Part shown: positions 1-12,093 of the stretch, one piece after another
Numbering within the stretch: position 1 is the first letter of the stretch
Layout: each line of letters opens with the position of its first letter
Origin: Phaeosaccion multiseriatum
Lineage: Eukaryota; Protista; Ochrophyta, other classes
Assembly: GCA_965112735.1 (NCBI GenBank)
Contig: OZ218964.1
Location: forward strand, 1,302,001 to 1,366,000
DNA: 64,000 nucleotides
Direction: 5' to 3'
Made by a program: the position numbers and the translations under genes
The notes under the pieces: model-generated
Seen by the model: only the letters and a program-made list of their open reading frames with translations
Databases searched by the model: none
Told to the model about the DNA's origin: nothing

Positions 1-83
1 CTCCCCTCCCCTCCCCTCCCCTCCCCCTGCTCTTTCTCTTCTCGTGCCCCCCCCCCCACACACTCCCTCGCCTCCTCCCTCAC

Positions 84-479
84 CTCCAGCAAGCAGCCGC
101 AGAAGAGCATCAGAGCAGGCGCCTTCTTCTTATCCGCCCAATCCTCGCACGCATGGAAGAGCTGCAGGAAGGGAGGAAAAGTGTGAGTGTTAGTGCTGTA
201 GCCTTGGCCCATATACCTACAGGAGAGAGGGGGGGGGGAGGAGTACAAGTGTGAGTGCTAGTGCTAGTGCTGTGACCCATCCCCACTCACCTTGTTGGCG
301 TCTCTCATGTTGCGTAGGCACAGGAAGCCCAGGATGCCCCTCACGGCGAGCGCCACCTTCATGCGCCCCTTTGGCTGCCCCTGCCCTGCCCCCGCCGTCT
401 CCATGAGCTGCACGATTGCTTCTGGAGCCTCTCCTGACACCAGGTACTTAAGGGCCAGCTCAACCTAAGGCGTGGGAGG

Positions 480-514
<35 letters not shown>

Positions 515-1296
515 GTGTGTGTGTGTGGGGAGGGGGAGGGTAGGGTGGGTGGGAGGGTTGGGCCGCCCACCACGGGTCGAAGGGAGAGCTGTGCGGTAAG
601 AAGAGAGACTTAGTGGGGGACTTGGCGGATGGATGAGGGCGATCGATTGGTCCATATGGACTCCATGTGAACAGAGTCAGTCAATCACACCTTGTTTCGC
701 TTCGCCAGACACATGCCGTATGCAAAGTTGAGCTTCGGTTCGCCCTGCACTCTCTCGCCAATCTTTGTGGCCCACTCAACCGCGGCTTTGAGGAACTTGC
801 TCTGGAAGAACTCGATGGAGGACTCCTCTTCCTCCTCGTCCCCCTTCCCGTTCCCACTGCTCGCCTCCTGCGTGCTCTTCTTCTTCTTCTTCTCCTTCTT
901 CCCCTCCTCCTCTGCCCCCTCCGCCCCGCCGCCACCGCTGCTACTTGCTCTCGCCTCCAGTGCCTTATCATACATGTCGTTCAGCCGCAGCACCTGCGCC
1001 GTCCTGTCCTCCGTGACGGCGACTTGCCGCTCTCGAAACATGTCCACCATCTGAACGGAGAGCTCCGTGGCGTTCCCCGCAAAGCCCTTGCCAAGAAGCA
1101 CCCCGACCCCCGCCTCCAAGACCGCCGCAGCGTCATCTATCCTCCCCCTCGCCGCCTTCCTGGCCCCTTGCCCTCTGTACAACTGCATTGCTTCATAGTT
1201 GAGCCCAGCGTCCAATTTCTCCGCCACCAGAGCATCGATTCTGCCGCTGCCTTCCGCGCTACGCCTCGAGGACTGACCCGCTCGTATCCGGCTCAT
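84..1296 (-). CDS. GET4: Golgi-to-ER traffic protein 4 (GET4/TRC35) homolog; exons 1296-691, 464-291, 161-84; continues off the left edge
   Basis: N-terminal YEAMQLYR...AAAVLEAG and spliced exon 2 AVRGILGFLCLRNMRDANK resemble GET4 motifs (YEAHQ..R; RAVLQYLCL.N.RDAN). GT-AG junctions keep the frame. Confidence 0.8.
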
Positions 1297-1375
1297 CCGC
1301 ACGCCTCTTTAACCTGCAAAGGTGTGAGATATGAGTTAGAGAGGCAGAGAGCTGTGGTGAAAGATATGCTTCCAA

Positions 1376-2795
1376 ATGAAATATGCTTCCAAATGGCGGG
1401 AGGTGCTGGGCGGGCGGGAGGTGCTGGGCGGGCGGGAGAGTGAGTGCTTCCCGCCTTATGCCCTTATCACACTCCTCATGTCTGCTCCCATGGACATCAT
1501 CGACCTTACTGCTGAGGAGGAAGAGGAGGAAGATGGTGTTCCTTCGACCCACCAAGTCAAAAGGCGGAAAGTCTTCGACATGTTCAAGACGAACAAACGA
1601 AGGTTGAGCAGCAGTGGGCGTTGCGAGAGAAGCACAAGCAGAAGCGAGGACCCGCCGCAGCCTCATGAACAACGACGAGTAGTAGCTTCGAGACCACGAA
1701 TGAGCAGCAACAGCAGCAGCAGCACCAGTAGCAGCACCAAAAACACTTGCAGAAGCGAGGATCTGCACCAGGATTATCCGGGGCAGCCTGAAGGAAAGGA
1801 GGGGGGTGAGGGTGAAGCGAGCACACGGGTGTTCGAGTCGTCAGCCTACGTGAGACACCTCGACAATTGCCTGCGCCTGCTGGGCAAGAACTTGACCACC
1901 CTCTTCCTCCCCAGCGAGATGCAGTGGGTCGGCAAGTACGAGGCACTGAGCTTACCAGCCAAGAGCCTCTACATACACCTCTTGCAGCGCAAAGGCCCCT
2001 GGTTTCGATGCGATGACGGGCTGAAGGGGTACGTGCAACACCTTGTCGGCGCCGCAAACCCGAGAGATGCCGTCAAGGAGGCCCTCACGCAGCTCACAGA
2101 CGCTGGGCTGCTGGTACGTCTACCCGAGTCTGTGGAGAGAGAGGTCGATCTGGCCCTTGTCATGGAGGCAATAGAGTGTTGTCTGTTGAAAGCGGAGCTC
2201 ATGCTGCTCTTGCAGCTGCTGACCCTGAGCTCCAAGAGCGAGGCCAGCAGGCTGAGGGTGCCTCAGATGCTGCGAGCTATTCAGAACCACGTGCGCAGCT
2301 TCAAAGGCCCCATCTGCGGTACTGCTCGAGCTCTGCCGCTCGTAGCCCTTGTCAAGCGCGTGCTGGGAGGAGGAGGAGGAGGAGGAGGAGGAGGAGGAGG
2401 AGGAGGAGGAGGAGGAGGAGGAGGAGGAGGAGGAGGAGGAGGAGGAGTGGGAGGAGTGGGAGGAGGAACAGGAGGAGGAGCCCCCATCAGCGACACCAAA
2501 GGCACTAACGGAAGTGGGAAGAAAGCCCTAGGCAAGCAGCAGCAGCAGCAGCAGCAGCAGCATGCTGGCTTTGTGTACTCTGACTTCCTGGTGCAAGTGG
2601 CGCAGGGACCGCAGAGCGTGTTTCGGCGTGCCGTGAGACTCCTCTACCTCTCGTGTGACATCAACGGGGGGAAGGGGGACGCCGCGAGGAGCGAGCAGTG
2701 CTCCAGGCCCTGCTGCGTCATGTCCTACGCGAATTGTGTGGGGCTGAAGGCAGAGTTCGGCCACACCGAGCTCCCCTCCACTGCGGCCGCCGCCG

Positions 2796-2849
<54 letters not shown>

Positions 2850-5695
2850 GTGATGGTGCTGGTAGTGGTGTCCTCCTTTCCTCCCCCCCCTCCAAGGAGG
2901 AGGCCGAGGAGGGGGGTGGAAGCCAGTCACGTGGGAGGATGGGGGCGCTCGCAGACATGTTCCGGAGCAGGGAGGACTTCTGGCTGTGGGAGCTCACGCA
3001 GGAGCTGCGGCACACCGTCATGCTGGCGGAGGAACAGCGGGGCGGCTGGAGCACAAACAGCAGAGGGAAAAGCAAAAGCACCAGCACCAGCACCAGCATC
3101 AGCATCAGCACCAGCGGGGGCGTGGGAGGGGGCGAGGGCGGGGGTGGGGAAGACGCTGGGAAGAGCGCTGCAGAGGAGAGCGGCTTGGCGGAGCGCGGTC
3201 TGGATCTTGTGAAGCTTTTTCTAGTGGCAGTTTCGCGGAGGAGATCGGTCGATGATGGAGAGCGAACCTCGTGTGCAGCTCCTGAGGAATGGCAGCCGGA
3301 GGGGCGCAACCGCGGATGGGAGGGTCTGTGTGCCTACCTCGCTCTCATCTGCTCGGAGTGTTTCTGTGCCTACCAACAGCAGAGCCGAGCTGCCGCTTGC
3401 ACAACAGCGCAGAAACCGAGGAAGGAGGGAGATGATGAGAAGAAGGAGAAGAAAGAGGGGAAGGGGGGTGGGAAGGAGGAGAATGAGGGAGGAGAGGAGG
3501 AGAGGCCGGCAATAGAAACAGAGGCTCTTATTGTGTCTTTCATCGCAGACGTGCCGCGGCAACAGCAGCAACAGCAGCAAGAGCCGCAGCTCGATGCCGG
3601 AGTGGTCCTCAGCTCGATTTTGTGGACGGGTGTGGCCTCTTTGGAGAAGCTGGGGCGATACGAAGAGGCAGTGCGGCTTCTGCTCCAGCTGCTGAGGTCA
3701 ACGTACACGAAGCACAGACGAGGCAAATGGTGGGAGCGCCTGGCCATAAATGCAAGGCATCTGAGGGTGGACGATGCTGTGCTGGAGAAGGTGTGTCGAC
3801 TTGGTGTGCACGACCCTGCACTGCGAGGAGGAGACCTGTTGGCACTCATGAAGCGGCACTGGGTGCTGCTACCCAGCGGTAGAGGAGAGAAGGAGGGCGT
3901 CATGGTGGAGGATGAGGAGGAGGACGATGAGGAGGACGTTAACAACGAGGAGGAGGCGGAGGAGGTGGTGGTGGAGGAGGAGGTGGTTTTTGTAGTGGAG
4001 GAGGAAGAGGAGGAGGATTTGATGGTGTTGGTGAAGGAGGAGGAGGAGGAGGAGGAGGAGCAGGAGCAGGAGGAGAAGGAGGTGAAGGAGGAAGTGAGCG
4101 ACGACAAGAGGGGGAAGAGGCGGAAGCTCAAGCTCAGGCTGAGACTGAAGAGCAAGAGTGAGGAGCGAACGCCCCAACCATGCAAGGGGAAGGAGAACAC
4201 GAGGAAGAGCAAGCAGAAGAGCAAGAAGAAGGCCCGGAGACAGTCGCTGGAGCCGTCCATGCTGAAGCTGAACCTGCTTTGCCCTGTGCTTAGTGGTGCG
4301 GACTTGCACGCCCTGGGCTTCGGCTCTCTCACCGCGGAGCACATTGGCTGGAGCGCGCTGGCCGAGGAGGAAGTGATCGAAGGTAGGCCCGTGAATTGCA
4401 AGTCGGGCGAGAAGAGTCGTCTGGTGGGGGGTGGGGACGGCCACATTGCCTCAGTGGAGGAGCTGGCAGCGCACCACTACGAGGAGCACGGGGGGTGGGC
4501 GAGCTGGCATTGTGAAGGGGGGCCGCTGCAAATCCTCTTCAATCTCCTGTGCTGGGACGACATCCTCTTTGCCAACTGCCGCCACAGTAGTGAGTCTACC
4601 CCCACCGGCGCCAGCGGCAGTAGGAGTAGCAGCAGCATTAGCAGCAGCAACAGTAGCAGTGGGGTGCTGGTGAAGTGTGCCAGAACTGAGGAAGGAGGTA
4701 ACAAGAGCCGCAGCAAAACCCTCACCACCAACACCACCACCACCACCACAACCACGACCAGCAGTAGCAGCAGCGGTAGCGACGGGATGTGCGACATGTG
4801 CCCGTTCCAATCCGGTCCCTTGGACCTTTTTTCCAGCCCCGGTTTTTACGAGGCGCGAAGGGAAGCCGTGCTGGCGCTCGTCTCCAAACTTCGACAGGCC
4901 GATGCCGCGACCCTCGGAGAGATGGTGGCAGACAGCTGGAGGCGGCACTTTGGACGCGAGTGCAGGGGCATGCCGTGGCACTCGCTCTCTCTGCGCTTGC
5001 TGCAAGCCGTGGCAGTGGGGATGGGCGGGCGAGGCTTGGCCGCTGTGGTGGCCACGCTCTGTGTGAGTTACAAGCATTTCCGAGCCGGCATGCCGGACCT
5101 GCTCATGCTCCGAGTGCACAGGCTTGGGCCTCTCAGCCCGCAGCCATCGCAATCCTCGCCCCAGCCGGGGAAGGCTTCAGGCGCGGGCGTCGTGGGCAGT
5201 GACTGTGGCAGTGACAGTGTTAGTAGCAGCAGTAGTGCGTATCGTAGTAGCAGCACCTTGCTGAACAGGAGTGCTTTCGACGAGTGGCTCGGTCAGAAGA
5301 ATGGGCGGCCGGCGATTCGCCTCGACGGCGGCGAAGGAGGCGAAGGGGCGCTGCCGGAGGCGGAAGGAGAGTGGCTTACCACTCCTCGCCCCTCCTCCTC
5401 CTCGGCGTATGCAGCAAGCAGGAGCCGTCACCAGGAAGAGGAGCCCATGGGGCCTGGCCACTTGAGCAGCAGCTATGAGAGCGAGAGCGGGTTCCGCGTC
5501 GAGATATCGCTCATCGAAGTGAAGAGCACAGACCACTTGTCCGAGAGGCAGAGGGCTTGGCTGGCAGTGTTGAAGGAGGTGGGTGGGGTGGATGTCAAGG
5601 TGTGCCGTGTGAAGAAGGGCAAGCCGAAGGAGAAGGAGGCGAAGAAGAAGAAGACGAAGAAGAAGAAGGAGAAGAGGAAGAAGAGTGCTTCTTAG
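1376..5695 (+). CDS. FAN1: Fanconi-associated nuclease 1 (VRR-NUC), intronless; real start may be ATG 1478
   Basis: LLQRKGPWFR, RRGKWWERLA, SVEELAAHHY..GW..WHCEG, PFQSGPLDL, GMPDL...IEVKS.D.LSERQRAWL form a FAN1 PD-(D/E)xK nuclease. Confidence 0.92.
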
Positions 5696-6312
5696 GCCAC
5701 CAGGCTGGGCAAGACACTTACTCTTGTCTTTTTGTTTCTTTCAGAAGAGAAAGAAGAGTTTTGACTCCTCTTGCTGGAGACCCGCGGAAGGCCGAATGGC
5801 GTTGCGATTTACATGTATATAATATAATGTATGTATATATAATAAATAATAAATGTATATCAAATATATACTACGCACAGAAGTATAAAATACATATATA
5901 ATTTATCTGTTTCTCTCTTATTCTACTGAAATTTCCACCATGTGAGGGAGGTTGCCTCTTCTCTCCCCCTCCTTATGTGGGGGCTCTAGTTGGGCATGCG
6001 AGAGCCCCACTCTCATGTCCAACGCCATCACACACACACACACAGACAAGAGGAGAAGAAGGGGGTGAACGCCACCGCATACCGACGCGGTTTGTTTGTT
6101 CTTGGCCGACCGCCAGCCAAGCGCCACTTCCGTCGCTACTGCACATCGTTCCCTCCCGATTCATTGCCCCTCCCCTCCTTGACAGCTCGCCGTGGACTTA
6201 TTTATTTCGGAACGAAAAGCGCCCCCTTGATGATGAAGAAAAAAAACAAAAAAAACAGACATCCTCACAATAAATAAGTAAATAAACCTTTACTGTACTA
6301 CACGATTGATGC

Positions 6313-7439
6313 CTACCTAATCATGAGTGAAAGGATGATACTCCACAGGAAGCCCACTCCGTTCACCCAGAGCATCTGCAGTGGGGGGGGGATGAGAAGG
6401 AAGTTGAAGAAGTTAGCAGCGGGCCACAGGCACCAGCCCGCTTTGAGCACCGGCCACAGGGTATTCCGCAGCTCCTCCGAGCCAATCAGGTAGCCCGCCT
6501 TCAAGGTGCTGTTGGCCGAGATAATGGCCGTTAGCGCGGCGAAGAGGAAGATGTACCCTCCGTTGATGAAGACGGTGCCGACTCCCTGATCGATTGCAAC
6601 CATTTTCACCGCCCTCTCTGACGACGATACGCCATCGAAATGATTGGAGGTGTGCACGAGAGAGAGAGAGAACGGGGACATTACGGTGGTAAGGAATACG
6701 GATGCATGCGTCGTCGTTGTGTAGCTAAACAGTAGCAGCAGTAGCACGTTGCATGACCTCTTTGCAGGGAGCAGCAGAAGCGGCAGCAGCGCTTAAGCTT
6801 TACATCTTCGACACCTATCCCCCCCCTCACCCTCCTTCATCAGCAGCACTTACGCCATTTCTGTGGCTTGCCCGTTGTAGGGCTAGTCGTCTCGGGAACC
6901 CATTTTTGGAGGCCGCCGAACCAGTGGTGCACGACAGGAGCCAGATAGAAGCCTCCGATGAGGGCATACAGTAGGACACGCATCAGGTCCGGCACGAATG
7001 CCTTGCTCATGCGGCGAGCGGTGATGCTCTGGGCCGCGAGATTGCCGAGGCCACAGATAATGAAGGAGGTGATCCCCTTGGTTAGGATCGGCTTGGCGTA
7101 CAAGGCTCGCATGTACCAATTGGGCTCCTGCTGCACCTTGCCTCCCTTCTGTGCGATTGCCACTGACCCGCCGCCTCGAACGCTACCCACAAACTGCTGG
7201 ATCCACCTTGCGCGCTGCTTCTTCTCCTGCACATCGATCGTCTGCGCGGCGGCGTCCAAGGCCCCTGCAGCTGTCACCCCTGAGTTGTATGCCCTCTGGT
7301 TTGGCTCTGCTCTCTGATGGATATGGTTAAGCGCAGCCAACTTGGGCAGGGTGAGCCCGAAAGCCGCGCTGATTGAAGCCTGACATAGCGCCAAGACCAG
7401 GCAGAGGCTGGCCGTGCCGCTTCCTCCCCAAGCTCTCAT
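6313..7439 (-). CDS. Mpv17/PMP22 family membrane protein, paralog 1 (exons 7439-6854, 6617-6313); probable bipartite plastid targeting
   Basis: PILTKGITS..GNLAAQ, VHHWF, VAIDQ, WPAANFFNF.LIPP.LQ. Hydrophobic leader ends ISAAFGL. Confidence 0.88.
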
Positions 7440-7611
7440 CCTGGTGCTCTTTTGGGCTATGGAACAAAAAAATATCTGTGAGGTGGTGCAAACCGCAGGG
7501 AGGGGAAGTCCAAACCCGGAAACCGCGCGTTGATTTTGGCTCGCGTTCGATCGATTCGATCGGGTGATTGGCGTGATAGACTCGATACACCCCTAACGTG
7601 CTCCCTGCTTC

Positions 7612-7800
7612 CTGCTACCGCCGGCGTCAACCAACGTGCTATCTGCTACCGCAGGTGTCAGCCGGCCTTGACCTGCTACCGGCCCACCAGCCGGCCGGCC
7701 AACCATCAGCTGCCACCGCCGGCGAGAGCTAGCTGCTATCTGCTACCGCCGGCGTCAGCTGGCGTGCTACCGGGTTCGGAGGGCCCGGTAGCATGCTACT
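7612..7800. repeat. Degenerate TGCTACCG/GCCGGC repeat cluster with a terminal hairpin
   Basis: About 6 copies of (C)TGCTACCG; CTGCTACCGCCGGCGTCA occurs at ~7612 and ~7740; inverted repeat TGCTACCGGG...CCCGGTAGCA at ~7765-7793. Confidence 0.7.
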
Positions 7801-8521
7801 GACAATCGCTCGGTAGCGCGTCAGGGGTCGAGCGTGATGACGTCGAGCAGAGAGTTTTTCCGGTAGGCACTCCATTCCAAAGCGTTGCAGAGTATATAGG
7901 GGAGAGAAAAATAGTGGAGGTGGTGGTGATGGCGGAGGAGGAGATGGTCGTGGTGGTGGTGGTGGTGGTGCCGCTCGCTGCTTTTGCTGTGGATGCTAGC
8001 GGCGAGAAAGACATGGCTCGAATGGGCAAGCAGTAGAGGCAGAGTTGTGGGTTGAGATCAATTTTCTTGTTTTTTTTTTCATTTCATTAATTACTGCTTG
8101 TCTTAATTAATTAATACAACATATACCGCTTGTCTCAAAATTGCTAAATAGCTCAGCCAGTCTTGCCCATCCACTCTCCGGTACTCACGCTTATGTGAGT
8201 CCATGTCGGTACCGTGGTCATTCCTTGCCCCCTTATCTTCATCATCATGCCTAGCATGATCTGTGATACCCTCTCTCCCATTCCCACGCCCAATGCGTGA
8301 GTCCTTAATTGTTAATTGCCCTAAGGGTCCCCCCCAATCCCCCAACACATGTACAGTCGAATGTACAGACAGCCATTCGCTCCACCACCACACGTCACTC
8401 AACTAAACCAACTCACACTAAACTAAATCACGCCAAATAATTGTCAAAAATGTCCACCTCCTGTACTAAGGTGTGCTCGTCTCTCTTCCCTTTGCGGTTC
8501 CCTCCCCTCCCCCGACCCAAA

Positions 8522-9361
8522 TCAAGCGACCATTGACCCGCTGGACAGCATCACCGACACGGCCACACTCCAGAACAAATTCACACACGATACGAAGACG
8601 GTCTGCAGGTGGCGCGGAGTCACCGTGAAGTTGAAGAGTTGCGCCAAGGGCCAGAGCTTCCAGCCCAAGAGGGTCGTGGGGAGAAGGGTGTCTTCCGTCT
8701 TGTGAAGGGCCAACACGGTGCTTCCGCTGAAGTCGTTGCCTCCTGCGCCCGAGACCAACGCCGTAAAGAGGAAGATGAAGCCCGCGTTGATGACACACGC
8801 GCCCAGCAACTGATCCACGGCCACCATCTTCACGGCGCGAGTCATCTTCTTGGGCTCTCCCGTCACCGCATCACGTGTCTCGGGAACGACCTTGTTGAGC
8901 ACGTTAAACCACCCGTGCACGAGAGGGGCAGTGTACACTCCACCCACAAGTCCATAGAGCAGTGCCTGGCAGCAGTCCACCGAGAGTGGAGCCACCTCAT
9001 CTCCCATCTGCTGACACACGAGCTGCGCGAGCACATTGCCGCAAAAGGAGAGTGTAAAGGTCGTAATTCCCTTGGTCAGGATGGGCTGCTCCTCCAAGCG
9101 CGTCATGTAGGCCCGGCTCCCGCGACTCACCAAGTCCTCCACACCCTCCCGCTGGAGCGCCGTACCCAGGTGCTGGTGCTCTTGCGGCCGCTGCAAGTCG
9201 GACTTGACGCGCGGAGGGAGAGGCAAGTCCAAGGGGGCGAACGAGGACATCGTCGGAGCACTCCTCGGCGCCCGCGGCACAGCTGCTGCTGCCGGCCCTC
9301 CATAGAGTGAGAACCCAAGCACCCCCGATGTGCTCAGCAGCAAGATAAAGGCGTGCTTCAT
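8522..9361 (-). CDS. Mpv17/PMP22 family membrane protein, paralog 2, intronless; probable bipartite plastid targeting
   Basis: PILTKGITT..GNVLAQ, VHGWF, VAVDQ, WPLAQLFNF; leader MKHAFILLLSTSGVLG-FSL. Confidence 0.9.
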   Translation of the reverse strand: MKHAFILLLSTSGVLGFSLYGGPAAAAVPRAPRSAPTMSSFAPLDLPLPPRVKSDLQRPQEHQHLGTALQREGVEDLVSRGSRAYMTRLEEQPILTKGITTFTLSFCGNVLAQLVCQQMGDEVAPLSVDCCQALLYGLVGGVYTAPLVHGWFNVLNKVVPETRDAVTGEPKKMTRAVKMVAVDQLLGACVINAGFIFLFTALVSGAGGNDFSGSTVLALHKTEDTLLPTTLLGWKLWPLAQLFNFTVTPRHLQTVFVSCVNLFWSVAVSVMLSSGSMVA

Positions 9362-9771
9362 CAAAGTCATCCTCCTATACATGTACTCCAACAAACTGTT
9401 CCTTCTCGAGAGTGGGTGGAGGTGGGCGTGTTCCAGCTTCCTTTTTTTTTACACTTCGCTTAACTCCTTGACTTGTCCCGTGTATTTATGATTGTGGTCG
9501 TGGTGATCAGTACGCTACGTTGAGAGTAGAGGGGGTGGCCTCTCCATTGTTCGCTTGAGGTGATGAGGGGGCTGTTATTGGAAAGCTCTGTCTTTAACTC
9601 GGCTCTCTTGGTGTTGTGACGGACGTGAGAGTCGCACATTTTTGGCGCGTCGATGAAGAAGTCAATGGCCCAGCCGTAGGCAAGTGACTTTGGTGAACTC
9701 ACAGGACATATTACCATCTGCTCCGCCAGTATCTCTTGGAGCAATGGGTGTATACGCAATAGAGAAAGATA

Positions 9772-9887
9772 TTAGTGGCAGGTGGCTGTAGGCGACGCTC
9801 GAGAGGTGACTGCTGGCTGTTGGGCGCGGTTAGTGGCAGGTGGCTGTAGGCGACGCTTGAGAGGTGACTGCTGGCTACTGGGCGCGG
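9772..9887 (+). repeat. 58-bp tandem duplication just upstream of the CDPK start codon
   Basis: TTAGTGGCAGGTGGCTGTAGGCGACGCT(C/T)GAGAGGTGACTGCTGGCT..TGGGCGCGG occurs twice, with about 3 mismatches. Confidence 0.85.
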
Positions 9888-9903
9888 CTGAGGCGGCGCG
9901 GGA

Positions 9904-11017
9904 ATGGGGTGCGCCTCCTCTGCCCCGCAGGCGGACGGCAAAGCGGACGTGCTCGATGCCTTTATGCACAGGAGCGACAGGTAGGCGATTGCAGGGGGGA
10001 GAGGGGCGCTTACAAGACCCTCGGGTAGTGCAGTTGAGGCACCTTGTCTAGATCTGAGACCTTCGATGAATGTTTGACTCCTGCTTGTGTCGCGGCGCTC
10101 CACACTCAAAGCTGCTGTACAGAGAACCAAGCCTCACCCCCCCCACCTCCACCTTGTCTCTTGCTTCATTCCGGCTCCGGCCACTTGCGCTTGTCCCTAC
10201 GCAGCGTCCCGCAGGAGCGCTTGCTGGGGGAGATGAGGGAGCAATACGCGAGGGAGCTCTTCGATGTGGATGTGCGTGACGTCTATGACTTTGCGGACAA
10301 AGAGCTGGGCGCGGGGGGCTTCTCCACTGTGCATGTGGTGGTGCACAAGAAGTCCGGCGTCTCGTTCGCGCTCAAGGAGATTGATCTTTCGCACTTTAAG
10401 GAGAGCCCCGGCACTATGCGAATGCTAAAGAACGAGATTGACCTCATGAAGAAGCTCAACCACCCCAACATTGTGCGACTGCAGGAGGTGTATCAGCCCC
10501 AGACCGAGGACAAGCTCTACCTTGTTATGGACTACTTCGAGGGAGGCTCGCTGTTGGACAGATGGAGAAAGAATCAGCCCTTCTCCGACGAGTACACCGC
10601 CCTCATCGTCAAGCAGCTGCTGCATGCGGTGCGCTACTGCCATGACATGCATGTGATGCACAGGGACCTCAAGCTCGACAACATTATGTTCGAAGAGGAG
10701 GGAGGCGACGATATCAAGGTAGGTGGGGTAGGTACACGAAGCTACACTTACCTCTCTGCCTGTCCCTCCCACCAAGGAGTCTGACGGGTGGACGGCGGGC
10801 GGTGTGTAGACGTTGCTTGCGGCATCAGCCTGCACCCTACGATACGCAGCAAGTGGGTATGCGGCTCTCTAATCTTTTTGGCGACCTCGTTGCTGCCGCC
10901 CTGCCTGTCGGCCCATGTGCCTGCCTGCCTGCCTGCCTGTCTGCGTGCCTGTCTACCTGCCTGTCTGTCTATCTGCCCATATGCATACCGGCCTGCCTGT
11001 TTGTCTGCCTGCCTGCC

Positions 11018-11056
<39 letters not shown>

Positions 11057-11544
11057 CTATATGCCTGCCCATGCCCGCCTACACACCCGGAAATGAATGA
11101 ATGCAACCCCCCCCCCCCCTCCTCCTCCTCCTCCTCCTCAGGTCATCGACTTTGGGCTCAGCAGCAGTACAGCGCTCTTGGAGAAGCAGAAAGAGTTCGT
11201 GGGCACAATTCTCTATACCGCCCCGGAGATCCTCAAGGTACAAGGGCACTCACACCTTGTGGACATTTGGTCCGTGGGTGTCATTGCCTACACCTGCGTC
11301 GTGGGCACCTTCCCCTTCTTTGACGCCAATCCGGACATTTGCGGGACCAAGATTAAGTACTCCACGCACTCCTACCCACCGGATCGGTAGGTTGCCGTGT
11401 TGTAACGGTCACGTCATTGTAATAGCAACGGAGTGTGTTTGGGTAGTTGATCGCTCTACCCTCCCCGGGGTGGGTGACAGGGTATTCTTATTGGGGCATG
11501 GCTTTGACTTTGTTTGGTGTCACTACGGCTTCTCCGCAATACTC

Positions 11545-11599
<55 letters not shown>

Positions 11600-11994
11600 T
11601 GCGTGTGTGTGCCTTGTCGGGGGCATGAAGCCCTCATCTTTCGAGCACTCCTTCCCCTCCCCTTCCCCACCCCCTCCCCTCTGCTTCCTTTCCATACCAA
11701 CAGGTCCGAGGAGATCTCCTTCCTTTGCAAAGATTTTATAGACAAATGCCTTGCCAACAACCCCAAGAAGAGACTGAGTGCCGATGAATGCCTCAAGCAC
11801 CCGTGGATTCAGTCGTGCTCCACCCCGGGGGGCGGCGCCTCCCGCCTGCAGGCTGACTCCATCGCTGCCCTGCAGGGATTCCAGCGCAAGACCACCTTCA
11901 AGCGGCTAGCCCTCATGATTGTGGCATATGGTCTCGAGCACTCGGAGATGGCCGCGCTGCAGCACGAGTTTGCCACGGCTGACAGGTGCGCGCT

Positions 11995-12040
<46 letters not shown>

Positions 12041-12059
12041 TGGGTGTGGGTGGGTGTGG

Positions 12060-12093
<34 letters not shown>

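Noticed and set aside
8103-8402. 99-aa ORF in the lower-GC spacer between the Mpv17 paralogs (and the similar 9460-9759 ORF)
   Set aside because: Non-ATG start, no recognisable homology and atypical codon usage.
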